Shown piece by piece: positions 16,437 through 24,000 of a DNA stretch of 24,000 nt. Origin of the DNA: Gemella sp. GL1. GTDB taxonomy: Bacteria > Bacillota > Bacilli > Staphylococcales > Gemellaceae. Within the stretch, counting starts at the first letter, position 1. Every line of letters begins with the position of its first letter. The translations under genes and the position numbers were made by a program. A model generated the notes under the pieces. That model was given only the letters and a program-made list of their open reading frames with translations, made no database searches and was not told where the DNA came from. Location of the stretch: the NCBI RefSeq assembly GCF_013415365.1, contig NZ_JACBYB010000009.1, positions 24,779-48,778 of the forward strand. Direction: 5' to 3'.

Positions 16437-16467
16437 AAAAAAGTTCTAAGAGATAACCCTTAGAACT
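16437..16467 (-). terminator. rho-independent terminator overlapping the stop codon of the 352-aa transferase gene
   Basis: Perfect 9-bp stem AGTTCTAAG (16442-16450) / CTTAGAACT (16459-16467) with an 8-nt loop. On the minus strand it is followed by TTTTT. Confidence 0.7.
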
Positions 16468-17518
16468 GTGTCTTCTTTAATAGTTTTTCTATGGAATTAT
16501 ATATAGCCTGAGTTAAGTAATGTCCCGCTCGAATTTTCTTAGACACTTCTTCAACACTATTAACATAATTTTTATATTCTTTTTCTGTCATATTACCTAA
16601 AATGTCCTCTAACTCTTTTAAAGAATGAACACTGATACCGAGATTATGTTCTTTTACAAAAGCTGCTTCTGCTGATTCAGCCCAAACAATTACTGGCATT
16701 TTAGATGCAAGATATAAAGACAATTTGTGTGGGTTATTGTAACGTAAATAGTTACCTGTAACTCCCGAACAAGTTTCCAATGAATCTCCATCCCAAACCA
16801 ATCCAAATCCTGAAACTAATTGATTTGGTACATCATCAGGTGGAAAAGAACCTTTATAATTTATATTACTAATTTGATTCTTTTGCTTATAATTAACACC
16901 TAATAAGTCAAATTGAATATTTTTCAAATCTGCTAATTTATAAACATAAGGGCTCTTCTCAACATCCAAGTTTCCTGCTATAGTAACTCTTTTCGAAAAA
17001 ATTGTTTCGCTTTTATCAAATTTATGTATTAGGTAATCAAAAATTTCTAATGAGACAATTTTTTCCTTATCTATTCCTTGTCCGATTAACCATGACTTCA
17101 TGACAGGATTATGTGCAATAATAATATCTGCAAAATCTACCATATCCTTATATTCACGCGCATAGAAATCTAATTTAAAACGTAAAGTTTCTATATCATG
17201 AATAATAAATACAATTTTTACATTTTTTTCCTTTTTTAACTTATCAAGTATTTGTCTTTTTCCAAATTGCATAGTGTTATTGGGGTGTTGAATAAGTAAC
17301 AAAGAATCATTTTCAATTTTTTTATACACACCTTTCCACTGTTTATAAAACCCAATCTGTCTCTTTATCTTTGAAAAAATATCTAATTCTTCCTGTCCTC
17401 TAGAGATAAAAATCGAATCAAAGTTAATCTTCTCTAGAATATTAACTACATCTGATACCGCTTTAGTTCCGGCGTGCATTCTATTATCAATCGTATCAAC
17501 AATTTGGTACAATTTCAT
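16460..17518 (-). CDS. putative glycosyltransferase, WbbI/Gtf3-like (candidate galactofuranosyltransferase)
   Basis: 352 aa, no GT2/GT4 signature. The layout (HPNNTMQFG..., IIHDIETLR, C-terminal half with NNPHKLSLYLASKMPVIVW) resembles proteins annotated as beta-1,6-galactofuranosyltransferase WbbI / Gtf3-like. RBS AAGGAGAA. The specific function is inference from family resemblance and the adjacent glf. Confidence 0.6.
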   Translation of the reverse strand: MKLYQIVDTIDNRMHAGTKAVSDVVNILEKINFDSIFISRGQEELDIFSKIKRQIGFYKQWKGVYKKIENDSLLLIQHPNNTMQFGKRQILDKLKKEKNVKIVFIIHDIETLRFKLDFYAREYKDMVDFADIIIAHNPVMKSWLIGQGIDKEKIVSLEIFDYLIHKFDKSETIFSKRVTIAGNLDVEKSPYVYKLADLKNIQFDLLGVNYKQKNQISNINYKGSFPPDDVPNQLVSGFGLVWDGDSLETCSGVTGNYLRYNNPHKLSLYLASKMPVIVWAESAEAAFVKEHNLGISVHSLKELEDILGNMTEKEYKNYVNSVEEVSKKIRAGHYLTQAIYNSIEKLLKKTQF

Positions 17519-17898
17519 ATTTGTTCTCCTTAACTCTTTATTTTAGTTTAATTCTGTATAACACAATTATTTACATAGATGTTATTACTAATAATTATTC
17601 TTTACAAAAATGAACATAAATCCTATTAATGAAAAAATCCCTTATACATATATAGATATATCTAAAAGTTCCTTATATATATCTGCCAAGAAAATAAATT
17701 TAAAGGTTTAAAAATAGCCCAAATAGGGTAAAAATATAGATATATGGATTGTATACAGTAACTATACTAAAATCCATACCCATCTACTATCAGACTGGAA
17801 TTCATTCAATTTATATAGCTTAGAAGAACATATACTACTAGTTCTATCATTTAGACTTTCGAATAATCTATCCATTAATATCTAATATTTTCATAACA

Positions 17899-18993
17899 TT
17901 ATTTTAATTCTTTTTTACAAAAATCTAATGATGAACGAATTACTTTATCCATATCGTAGTACTTGTACTCTCCTAAGCGTCCACCAAATTCGATATTTTC
18001 CTCTTTATCTGCTAACGCTTTATATTGTTGATATAACTCATTATTCTTAGCGTCATTTATTGGATAGTATGGTTCATCTCCTAATTTCCATTCTCTTGAA
18101 TATTCTTTACTAATTACAGTTTTTTCTTGCTCACCAAATTCAAAATGCTTGTGCTCAATGATCCTTGTATAAGGAACTTCTCTTTCCGTATAATTTACTA
18201 CTGCATTCCCTTGGAAATTATCAGTATCTAAGATTTCGTTTTCGAAATGAATAGACCTATATGCTAATTCTCCTAATTCATAATTAAAGTAAGCATCAAT
18301 TGGTCCAGTATAAATTACTTTCTTAGCAAGTTTTCTTAATTCTTCTCTATTTTCTAAGAAATCTACACCTGTTCTCACTTCAATTCCTTCTAATAATTTT
18401 TCAACTAACTCTGTATATCCATTCACTGGAATACCTTGATATCTATCACGGAAATAATTATTGTCAAATGTGAAACGTACTGGTAATCTCTTAATAATAA
18501 AGGCCGGTATTTGCGTGCAATCTCTTTCCCACTGCTTTTCAGTATATCCTTTGATTAATTTTTCATAAATATCACGACCTACTAGGGAAATAGCCTGCTC
18601 CTCTAAGTTCTGTGGCTCTCCCGTAATCTCTTGTTTTTGCTTCTCAATGATATCTTTAGCTTCTTTCGGTGTTTTAATATTCCACATTTTTGAGAATGTA
18701 TTCATATTGAAAGGTAAGTTATATAGTTCATCTTTATATCTTGCAACAGGTGCATTTATATAATTATTAAATTCTACAAAACTATTTACATAATCCCAAA
18801 TTTCTTTGTCAGACGTGTGGAATATGTGTGCACCATACTTATGAACATTAATCCCTTCTACCCTCTCTGTATAAATATTACCAGCAATATGGTCTCTCTT
18901 CTCTACTACTAAAACCTTCTTTCCTTTTTTTGTTGCCTCATGTGCGAAGACCGCTCCGTAAGGACCAGCTCCTACTACTAAATAATCATACAT
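17899..18993 (-). CDS. glf: UDP-galactopyranose mutase
   Basis: 364 aa with FAD-binding N-terminus MYDYLVVGAGPYGAVFAHE, then GAHIFHT, YTEKQW and a C-terminal GRLGEYKYYDMD motif typical of Glf. Confidence 0.93.
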   Translation of the reverse strand: MYDYLVVGAGPYGAVFAHEATKKGKKVLVVEKRDHIAGNIYTERVEGINVHKYGAHIFHTSDKEIWDYVNSFVEFNNYINAPVARYKDELYNLPFNMNTFSKMWNIKTPKEAKDIIEKQKQEITGEPQNLEEQAISLVGRDIYEKLIKGYTEKQWERDCTQIPAFIIKRLPVRFTFDNNYFRDRYQGIPVNGYTELVEKLLEGIEVRTGVDFLENREELRKLAKKVIYTGPIDAYFNYELGELAYRSIHFENEILDTDNFQGNAVVNYTEREVPYTRIIEHKHFEFGEQEKTVISKEYSREWKLGDEPYYPINDAKNNELYQQYKALADKEENIEFGGRLGEYKYYDMDKVIRSSLDFCKKELK

Positions 18994-19007
18994 AATGAAT
19001 ACCTCCT

Positions 19008-20450
19008 TTAAAATCTTCTAAAAATTTGTTTTTCAATATCTAATACGAACTTATTTTTCATCATTCGTAAAATTACATAATAAGTCACAAAGAATGTCAC
19101 AGCTGATACAATTAGAATAGAAAAATCACTATCTATAAAGCTAACACTCATTATTGACGTTATAGATGCCAATATTAGAGAAAAAATAATTGATATATAA
19201 TTATTTCCACTAACTATATCTTTTATCATGTCACGTATAAAATACATCTGTACTAAAAGCACAACAGATTCTGCTATCAAGTTAGCAAAAGCTGTCCCTA
19301 AATATGAATATTGAGGAATTAACCAAATATTCAATATTAAGTTAATAATTGCTCCCGCTATAACAGAGTAAACTACCAACTTTTCCTTTCCTAATGGTAC
19401 TAATATTTGAATACCAAATAAGTTTGTAATACCAATCAAAATTACTGTAGGTAGTATTATTTGCATGGGGAGTATTGATTCCTTAAAACTTTCTCCCGCT
19501 AAGAAATATACAGCTTCTTTTGCATAAATTATAAAATATAATGTTATGGAAAATCCAATAATCGTTAGAAATTGGAAGGATTTATTAGACAATTCCATAA
19601 ATTTATCTTTATCACCATTTTGAATATAAAATGATAATCTTGGGAGTAATACTACTCCTAATGAAGTAACAATACTCAATAAAATATATTTTATTTTGAT
19701 TGATGTAGTGTAATAACCAACTGCAATATCATTGTGCATAAAACCTAGCATCACCGTGTCCAAATTTGTATATATAGTTGTCGCACAAGACAAGGTAAAG
19801 AATATTAAAATTGGCCTCATATGCTGCTTTAAATTGTAATCTTTTCTTATTGAATAGAAAGATACATGTTTTCTAATATTAATAAAATTTAATATGCTCG
19901 ATGCTGACGCAGCAAAAATAGTTATGGCACCATAAATTACATAATCTTCTATATCGTGAACGAATAGAAACATAAATATAACTGCAAGAAGTTTGAATAT
20001 AATTGAACGAATAGTTATATAAGCATACTCCTCTAGCCCCTTGTATAGCCATTCCATTCCAATTAAGTTAAATAGCAAAGTCAAACTTGTTATTACAAAC
20101 AAAGTACCATCTTGACTTATTCTATCTACTTTTAAATAAACAACAGCTAATATAGTATACACTAAAATTGTCATGATTAAATTAATCAAAAATATTTCTT
20201 GAACCGTTTTTGCTAATTTTTCTTTATTATTTCTTACTTTTGCAGAGGCTCTAATTCCATATGTTGGTATACCTAATTGTGCGAAAAGTGCAAAATAAGC
20301 GATAACAGAAGCAATAAAAGTTACCTTACCTACACCTTCTGCTTGTAAAACTCTAGAAATATAAGGGAATGTCACTAAAGGAAATAAGAAATTAGAAACC
20401 GTTAATATCATATTCATAATAAAATTAAGTTTTAGTGATTTTAAGCCCAT
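19008..20450 (-). CDS. wzx: Wzx-type oligosaccharide flippase (MOP superfamily, Polysacc_synt)
   Basis: 480 aa, ~12-14 predicted TM helices. Position next to the Wzy-like gene in a polysaccharide locus; 10-nt overlap with the upstream gene. Confidence 0.8.
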   Translation of the reverse strand: MGLKSLKLNFIMNMILTVSNFLFPLVTFPYISRVLQAEGVGKVTFIASVIAYFALFAQLGIPTYGIRASAKVRNNKEKLAKTVQEIFLINLIMTILVYTILAVVYLKVDRISQDGTLFVITSLTLLFNLIGMEWLYKGLEEYAYITIRSIIFKLLAVIFMFLFVHDIEDYVIYGAITIFAASASSILNFINIRKHVSFYSIRKDYNLKQHMRPILIFFTLSCATTIYTNLDTVMLGFMHNDIAVGYYTTSIKIKYILLSIVTSLGVVLLPRLSFYIQNGDKDKFMELSNKSFQFLTIIGFSITLYFIIYAKEAVYFLAGESFKESILPMQIILPTVILIGITNLFGIQILVPLGKEKLVVYSVIAGAIINLILNIWLIPQYSYLGTAFANLIAESVVLLVQMYFIRDMIKDIVSGNNYISIIFSLILASITSIMSVSFIDSDFSILIVSAVTFFVTYYVILRMMKNKFVLDIEKQIFRRF

Positions 20451-21607
20451 AATTTATCAACCTTATCCCTGTTAAAAATAATTACTGCCAATGCAAAAAT
20501 AAATGGATTCATTCCCAAATTTAGTAAATGATGATCAATCACACCTGAAATTGCTATCAAACTTAAAATCATAATTAAAGGTAAATTATTTACTTCTACT
20601 CCCTTTTTATATACTAAAACTAATAGAACTAATAATATAACAGTTACTGCTATTCCATAGATAAATAACCACTGTAAATATGAAGCATCTATAAAATTGT
20701 ATCCTATGCTAGAATCCCATTCATGCTGTGTCCATCCGTTTCCTTGCAATATTATTTTTTGCCCAAAAAGTTTTATATCATAATTATTAAAAGCTAAATT
20801 CCCCAATCTTAGACGTCCTGATAAGAATTCATCTAATAATACCATTGTCTTATCAGTATAAGAATATGTATAACTTAATATTGTTGAAATTGCAAAGCCA
20901 ATTACAAAAATGAAGGACATAATTTTATTTTTAAAAATAGACTTAACTATCCAAGAAAACCTTGTTCCAGCCAAATAAAAAATTGTTATAGCTAATGTCA
21001 TCAATATAACACTTACCCTTGCTCCTGTATATATATATACTAAATATGTAATCACACTACTTACTAATACTTCCAATATATTTATATTCTTTCTCAAATA
21101 GTAGTAGGCCATTTGAAGATAGAATATAGAAGCAGCAAAATCAGTTGCATATATAGCTCCAAAGGCATATCTAGCACCTCTATTTTTGTCAATAAACTCA
21201 AAATTTTCTATTACTCCCGATAAACTTAGGCTTATTAATAATACAACAATTGGTAGCTTAATTATTAAAAATGTTTTTACAATGTATCTTAACTCTATAT
21301 TGAAAGCTAGAAATATTAAAAACATAAGATATCGCAAAGAAGATGATTGAGAAAAATAAATACTTAGAAGCAATGAAGAAAATACTAAAATTAGCCCTAT
21401 AAGATTTTTTAAACTTATATTTCTTATATAATTAATTTTAAATAATGATAAAATTATTAATATTATCGTAGCTGGTGCAGTATAGTTATTTTTTATTAGT
21501 TCAAAAAAAGGGATTGCTTGGATTGTCGATGAATCTATAAAAATTTTAATAAGAATTACTACATATCCTATCGTGAACAGTAATTTATTTATATCTATTC
21601 TTATCAT
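20441..21607 (-). CDS. wzy: Wzy-like polysaccharide polymerase (O-antigen polymerase/ligase-like polytopic membrane protein)
   Basis: 388 aa, highly hydrophobic, with one larger loop (GNGWTQHEWDSSIGYNFIDASY). Called by context; family sequences are too divergent to confirm by eye. Confidence 0.6.
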   Translation of the reverse strand: MIRIDINKLLFTIGYVVILIKIFIDSSTIQAIPFFELIKNNYTAPATIILIILSLFKINYIRNISLKNLIGLILVFSSLLLSIYFSQSSSLRYLMFLIFLAFNIELRYIVKTFLIIKLPIVVLLISLSLSGVIENFEFIDKNRGARYAFGAIYATDFAASIFYLQMAYYYLRKNINILEVLVSSVITYLVYIYTGARVSVILMTLAITIFYLAGTRFSWIVKSIFKNKIMSFIFVIGFAISTILSYTYSYTDKTMVLLDEFLSGRLRLGNLAFNNYDIKLFGQKIILQGNGWTQHEWDSSIGYNFIDASYLQWLFIYGIAVTVILLVLLVLVYKKGVEVNNLPLIMILSLIAISGVIDHHLLNLGMNPFIFALAVIIFNRDKVDKLWA

Positions 21608-21616
21608 TTTGTACCC

Positions 21617-22405
21617 CTAAAAACTCTTTTCATATTTTTTCTTAAATATCTTAGCTGTTAGGAATGCCGAGCCTTTTTTTAGCCAATTTACTTTAAAGTG
21701 GTCATATAAAGGTAGTTCTGTTGTTCTGATATTATTTTTATCTAACCAAACATTGAATAATCTCTCACTAACTCTACCAAATAGCCTTGCTTCGAATGGA
21801 GTTAGACCTTCAACACTCACTCTCTTTTGTAGTTCAAATAGAATTGGGAATAACCATTCACAATATTGATCTGCTAATTTTTTGTTAGCTATGAACATAT
21901 TAAACATATATCCATGATTTTGTTTCATAACCTTATCAAAGTTAGCTAAGTAATCTGAACAAGTTTCACTTATAATATCTCTTGTTTTATCTAAATGCTT
22001 AGCATCAAAAGTATTAGCATAATGGCTATATAAAGACTCAATGTAATATTTTCTTTTTGCCGGAACTATGATATTATCCTCACCTAGCAATGAAATTAAA
22101 TCTTCTTTCCTAACAATAAGTTCTTCTAATTTTTTATTCGGACTATACTTGTGTTTTCTTGTAGATAAATACCTTCTATAGTGAACTAGACCTATATAGT
22201 CAATATCTAAATTTTTCCAAGCCCAATATAAAGCTGTTAGTTCACTAAAATAAGGATTATCTGCAGAGATATTATCTCCTTCATTATCTTTCTGATATTC
22301 TGTCACTATATTATTTAGCCCTGCTCCTACTTGTATAGGTAAATAAATATCTGATTTAGGCACGTCCACTTCTTTGTGGGCTCCCACTAAGATTTTCACA
22401 TCCAT
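21617..22405 (-). CDS. DUF4422-domain protein (putative glycosyltransferase of polysaccharide loci)
   Basis: 262 aa with KILVGAHKE...YLPIQVGA...DNEGDNIS...NPYFSELTALYWAWKN...DYIGLVHYRRYL, the characteristic DUF4422 pattern. Confidence 0.8.
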   Translation of the reverse strand: MDVKILVGAHKEVDVPKSDIYLPIQVGAGLNNIVTEYQKDNEGDNISADNPYFSELTALYWAWKNLDIDYIGLVHYRRYLSTRKHKYSPNKKLEELIVRKEDLISLLGEDNIIVPAKRKYYIESLYSHYANTFDAKHLDKTRDIISETCSDYLANFDKVMKQNHGYMFNMFIANKKLADQYCEWLFPILFELQKRVSVEGLTPFEARLFGRVSERLFNVWLDKNNIRTTELPLYDHFKVNWLKKGSAFLTAKIFKKKYEKSF

Positions 22406-22417
22406 TAAAATTTTCTC

Positions 22418-23023
22418 CTAATGATTTCCTAATGAAAGTACTACTCTTATAGCTTGTATAAATATTTTAATATCAACTATAGGACTTACTTCATCAATAT
22501 ATTTCATATCTAAAGCCATTCTCTCTTCAAACAGCATGTCATTTTTATTCTTCGTTACTTGCCAATAACAAACAAGTCCTGGTCTAATTGAGTTTTTCTT
22601 CTCTATATCTAAAAATTTACTAATTCTTTCAGTCTCATTTTCATTTAATGGTCTTGGACCCACAATTGCCATATCTCCTTTTAAAATATTGAAAAGCTGT
22701 GGCAATTCATCTATTGATGTAGTACGAATAATTTTTCCAATTTTAGTTATTCTATCATCATTTTTATCCTTTACTCCAAGCACATCGACTTCCCCACTAG
22801 ATATTCTTTTTTCTAAGATTGAATCTGAGTTTTTAACCATACTTCTAAATTTATATATTTTAAATTTTTCTCCATTAATCCCTACTCTATCTTGTGTATA
22901 AACTGCATTTCCACCTGAAATTTGAATTAGCAAATAGGTAACAAGCATAATAGGTGACGTAATGATTATCAATAGAACACTTAGTACTATACTTAGAACT
23001 CTTTTGGTTATTTTGTAATCCAT
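22418..23023 (-). CDS. priming sugar-phosphate transferase (small bacterial sugar transferase, WbaP C-terminal/EpsE-like PGT)
   Basis: 201 aa with one N-terminal TM helix, KIYKFRSM and SIDELPQLFNILKGDMAIVGPRP motifs. RBS AGGAGG. Confidence 0.9.
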   Translation of the reverse strand: MDYKITKRVLSIVLSVLLIIITSPIMLVTYLLIQISGGNAVYTQDRVGINGEKFKIYKFRSMVKNSDSILEKRISSGEVDVLGVKDKNDDRITKIGKIIRTTSIDELPQLFNILKGDMAIVGPRPLNENETERISKFLDIEKKNSIRPGLVCYWQVTKNKNDMLFEERMALDMKYIDEVSPIVDIKIFIQAIRVVLSLGNH

Positions 23024-23060
23024 TTTTTCCTCCTAATTTTTCCATATAATAACCCAACTA

Positions 23061-23089
23061 ATTATATCACTCTGGCATCAATATATCAA
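23061..23089 (-). promoter_or_regulatory. candidate strong sigma-A promoter for the priming transferase operon
   Basis: Minus strand TTGATA (23089-23084), 17-nt spacer, TGaTATAAT (-10 at 23066-23061), ~37 nt upstream of the ATG at 23023. Confidence 0.55.
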
Positions 23090-23333
23090 TAATTTCACCG
23101 ATCTTTTCTCCAATCTATTTAAAGTAAATTTTCGGACAGTTAGATTTTATTAATTTTCAACAACTTGTTTATACACATTTATAAACATCTATTTTTTAGT
23201 ACATATTTTTTAATTTCTATGATACCTAGATTTAAGAATAACTTAAATTATATTTCTGTAGCTTTAATCTCACTCTTCCCAAATAAAAAAACTCCAGTAG
23301 TATAAACTTCTAAAGGTCTTCTTTATTACAATT

Positions 23334-24000
23334 CTATTTTCTAAGTAACTTCTTAAAGATAAATTCCCTTGCATTGTTAGGTACTATCGCCACTCCTAGC
23401 TGAATAGCTAGACTTAGGATATAATCTTTATAAGAAATTTGCTTTCTAGCCAACATCTTTTCTCTAGCTTCTTTATAATACTCAAAATAGTCTAATCCAC
23501 CTCTTCTTTCATACATTCCGTTTCCGACTCTCACTTTACATAAAATCATATCTATATTCTTAGTTTTTGAAAAAGTCGCTATCATATTATGCCATAGTAA
23601 ATCATCTTCCATATAAAGTCCATCTTCATAATTTCCTGCTCTTAATACTGCTGATTTTCTAAACATTACTGTCATGTGGTTAAAAGCACTTCTCTTCTTT
23701 TGATATTTCACTATTTCTGCATGACTTAAGGGAACCAATCTTTTAGAATGAGGATTTTCTGGATCTGTATCAAATTCTTCAATATGCCCTCCAACTATAT
23801 CTAAAAAGGGATCTTCTAGGAAAGCCTTCTCTTGAACTTCTATACGATTACTTATTGCTATATCATCAGTATCCATCCTAGCAATAAGTTCATTAGCACA
23901 TCTTTCTACTCCATACTTCAAAGCAAGGCCTAATCCCACATTTGATTTTAAAGGATATCTTTTTATTAATCTTCCAAATCTTTCTTCTAAATATTCAAGC
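23334..24000 (-). CDS. family 2 glycosyltransferase, partial (N-terminus beyond window end)
   Basis: The ORF-track start is an internal GTG. My manual translation shows the frame remains open upstream to base 24000 (...LEYLEERFGRLIKRYPLKSNVGLGLALKYG...). It contains the GT2 core NxGLGxALxxG and the ARMDTDD (DxD) motif. Confidence 0.85.
   Translation of the reverse strand, partial: LEYLEERFGRLIKRYPLKSNVGLGLALKYGVERCANELIARMDTDDIAISNRIEVQEKAFLEDPFLDIVGGHIEEFDTDPENPHSKRLVPLSHAEIVKYQKKRSAFNHMTVMFRKSAVLRAGNYEDGLYMEDDLLWHNMIATFSKTKNIDMILCKVRVGNGMYERRGGLDYFEYYKEAREKMLARKQISYKDYILSLAIQLGVAIVPNNAREFIFKKLLRK

Noticed and set aside
17610-17711. 33-aa plus-strand ORF (and a 37-aa minus-strand ORF from 17875) in the 380-bp polysaccharide-locus gap
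   Set aside because: No RBS, low-complexity sequence, and the plus-strand one is oriented against the operon.
22689-22901. 70-aa plus-strand ORF
   Set aside because: It is antisense within the priming sugar transferase gene; no support.

Overview
AT-rich (by eye under ~30% GC) Firmicute-type chromosomal segment with three blocks. Taxon cannot be fixed without a search. (1) 1-5.9 kb, housekeeping: a minus-strand operon (cvfB, rnz, Nudix hydrolase, and a partial membrane ORF missing from the ORF track), spx, tRNA-Leu(CAA), then a plus-strand overlapping pair (GT28/MGDG-synthase-like glycosyltransferase and a UPF0104/MprF-flippase-like membrane protein). (2) 5.95-12.47 kb: a complete SpCas9-like type II-A CRISPR-Cas module on the minus strand. 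It comprises cas9 (1349 aa), cas1, cas2, csn2, a 153-nt leader, and 4 identical 36-nt repeats with 3 spacers of 30 nt. A divergently transcribed tracrRNA sits upstream of cas9 on the plus strand, with recognisable promoter, anti-repeat, nexus, two 3' hairpins and a terminator. (3) 12.7-24 kb: a minus-strand Wzx/Wzy-type polysaccharide locus. It encodes a priming sugar-phosphate transferase, DUF4422 protein, Wzy, Wzx, Glf, a WbbI/Gtf3-like transferase, GT2 enzymes, LicD, an IspD/TarI-like cytidylyltransferase and an extended SDR. This gene set predicts a galactofuranose- and alditol-phosphate-containing polymer. I see no convincing new protein-coding system; every long ORF falls into a known family. 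The most interesting signals not explained by gene calls are at RNA/regulatory level around the CRISPR locus. These are an anti-repeat-like element inside the transcribed leader, a leader end strikingly like that of S. pyogenes, and a compact divergent Pcas9/Ptracr region with a palindrome and repeat-like segments. A possible decayed terminal repeat and hairpin-rich cassette boundaries are also noted. All homology statements come from motif recognition and remembered reference sequences, not from searches.
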